Shown: piece by piece, positions 63,103-64,000 of the stretch
Numbering within the stretch: the stretch's first letter is position 1
Layout of the letters: every line of letters begins with the position of its first letter
Origin: Glycera tridactyla
Taxonomy: Eukaryota
Reading direction: 5' to 3'
DNA length: 64,000 bases
Assembly (NCBI GenBank): GCA_965644265.1
Contig: OZ286471.1
Span: forward strand, 31,062,001-31,126,000
The notes under the pieces: generated by a model
Told to the model about the DNA's origin: nothing
The model's database searches: none
What the model saw: only the letters and a program-made list of their open reading frames with translations
Program-made: the position numbers and the translations under genes

Positions 63103-63763
63103 CTGCAAAACACATCATTATCCGAGTTGATTAAATGTATAGTGGCCGAATGAAACCTATGATGGCAGACTGAAACCTAGTTCCCTATGGATTACATCTC
63201 ATGTGAGCTCCCACTGCCTGTGTAGGAAATAGAAATAGCTCTCAATGAAGAATTGATTTCAAAGACTGAATACATCAAGATGAGATGAGAATAATGATAG
63301 ATTCCTTTCACTGTGACTGGAAAAAGTACACGTATCAATTGTGGTAAAAACAGTAACTCATATGGTTGCAAACATGAAATACATTGGCTGGGATCTCTAT
63401 AGCATGAATAACGTTTTAGTGAATGATTTTTAGTAAAATTAAATGACTTAGCAATTCTGATAAACAATCAGAAAGTATTCCATTGAATCAGTTTACGAGA
63501 ATGAAAAGTTAAGGCATCCACATGTCAAATCAATTTCTCTTGCATTTTTTAACCAAAACAAATGAAATTAGGAAAATGCTAATTTTCAATCAATCACAAC
63601 CACAACCACCATATGGCCTTTATAGGGAGGTGGTCTTTTTATAGAGGTCATTTACTGTTGAAAATACTACCGCTGTTGAGGCTCAGGGTGGCCTTTATAG
63701 GGAGATTGTCTTTAGAGGCAGTTGGTCTTTAGAGGAGGTTCAACTGTACTTTTGGTGACCTAC

Positions 63764-63949
63764 CTTATTGGCCATATCTCGCTGCATGTCTGAGACGAGG
63801 TTGGAGAGTAGATTCTTGTCTTTGCGTACCCGTTCCATCTCAGAACGCAAACTGTTGAGCTCGGCGATGCGATCGTTCATCTCCTGACGTGACATCCCAT
63901 TCTGCCCCTGTACGCTCACCTCTACACTGGTTGTTTTCATTCGACTGAT
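63764..63949 (-). CDS. FHAD1: FHAD1 exon (ISRMKTTSVEV...DMQRDMANK); upstream exons including the FHA domain lie outside the window
   Basis: tttgattgtag| ... |gtaggt, phase 0-0, coiled coil. Confidence 0.82.
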
Positions 63950-64000
63950 CTACAATCAAAAAAATTCAAATATCTCAATCTCTGATTGATTGATTGATTG

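Overview
This is eukaryotic (invertebrate animal) genomic DNA from a gapped assembly with four N-runs; I found no prokaryotic features, rRNA, tRNA genes or CRISPR arrays. (1) 1-7300 (-) is an apparently intact CR1/L2-group LINE with three co-oriented modules: a ~961-aa ORF1 (disordered N-terminus, coiled coil, L1-type RRM/CTD, Q/N/Y-rich tail with a PAM2-like motif), a separate SGNH/GDSL esterase ORF, and an EN-RT ORF2 that runs off the window start and is therefore missing from the ORF track. A GT-AG intron (4315-3229) would fuse a 20-codon mini-exon in frame to the esterase; this is the top novelty candidate. (2) The LINE abuts a splice acceptor of a decayed, intron-containing pogo/Tigger DD31D transposase (7317-8952, right end 9240). 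(3) The last exons of a plus-strand gene for a probable GPI-anchored surface protein lie at 9421-10740. (4) 11-25 kb is repeat-rich intergenic DNA (SINEs, MITEs, a Helentron-associated element, a fold-back SINE with a 13-bp TSD). (5) About 20 minus-strand exons of FHAD1 span 25.3-63.9 kb; the FHA-encoding 5' part is outside the window. Its introns carry many TA-flanked MITEs, two Helentron-type elements with 157-bp and 147-bp tandem arrays, and a 215-bp palindrome made of two Penelope-type hammerhead ribozyme motifs. All calls come from manual reading and translation; no database searches were run.
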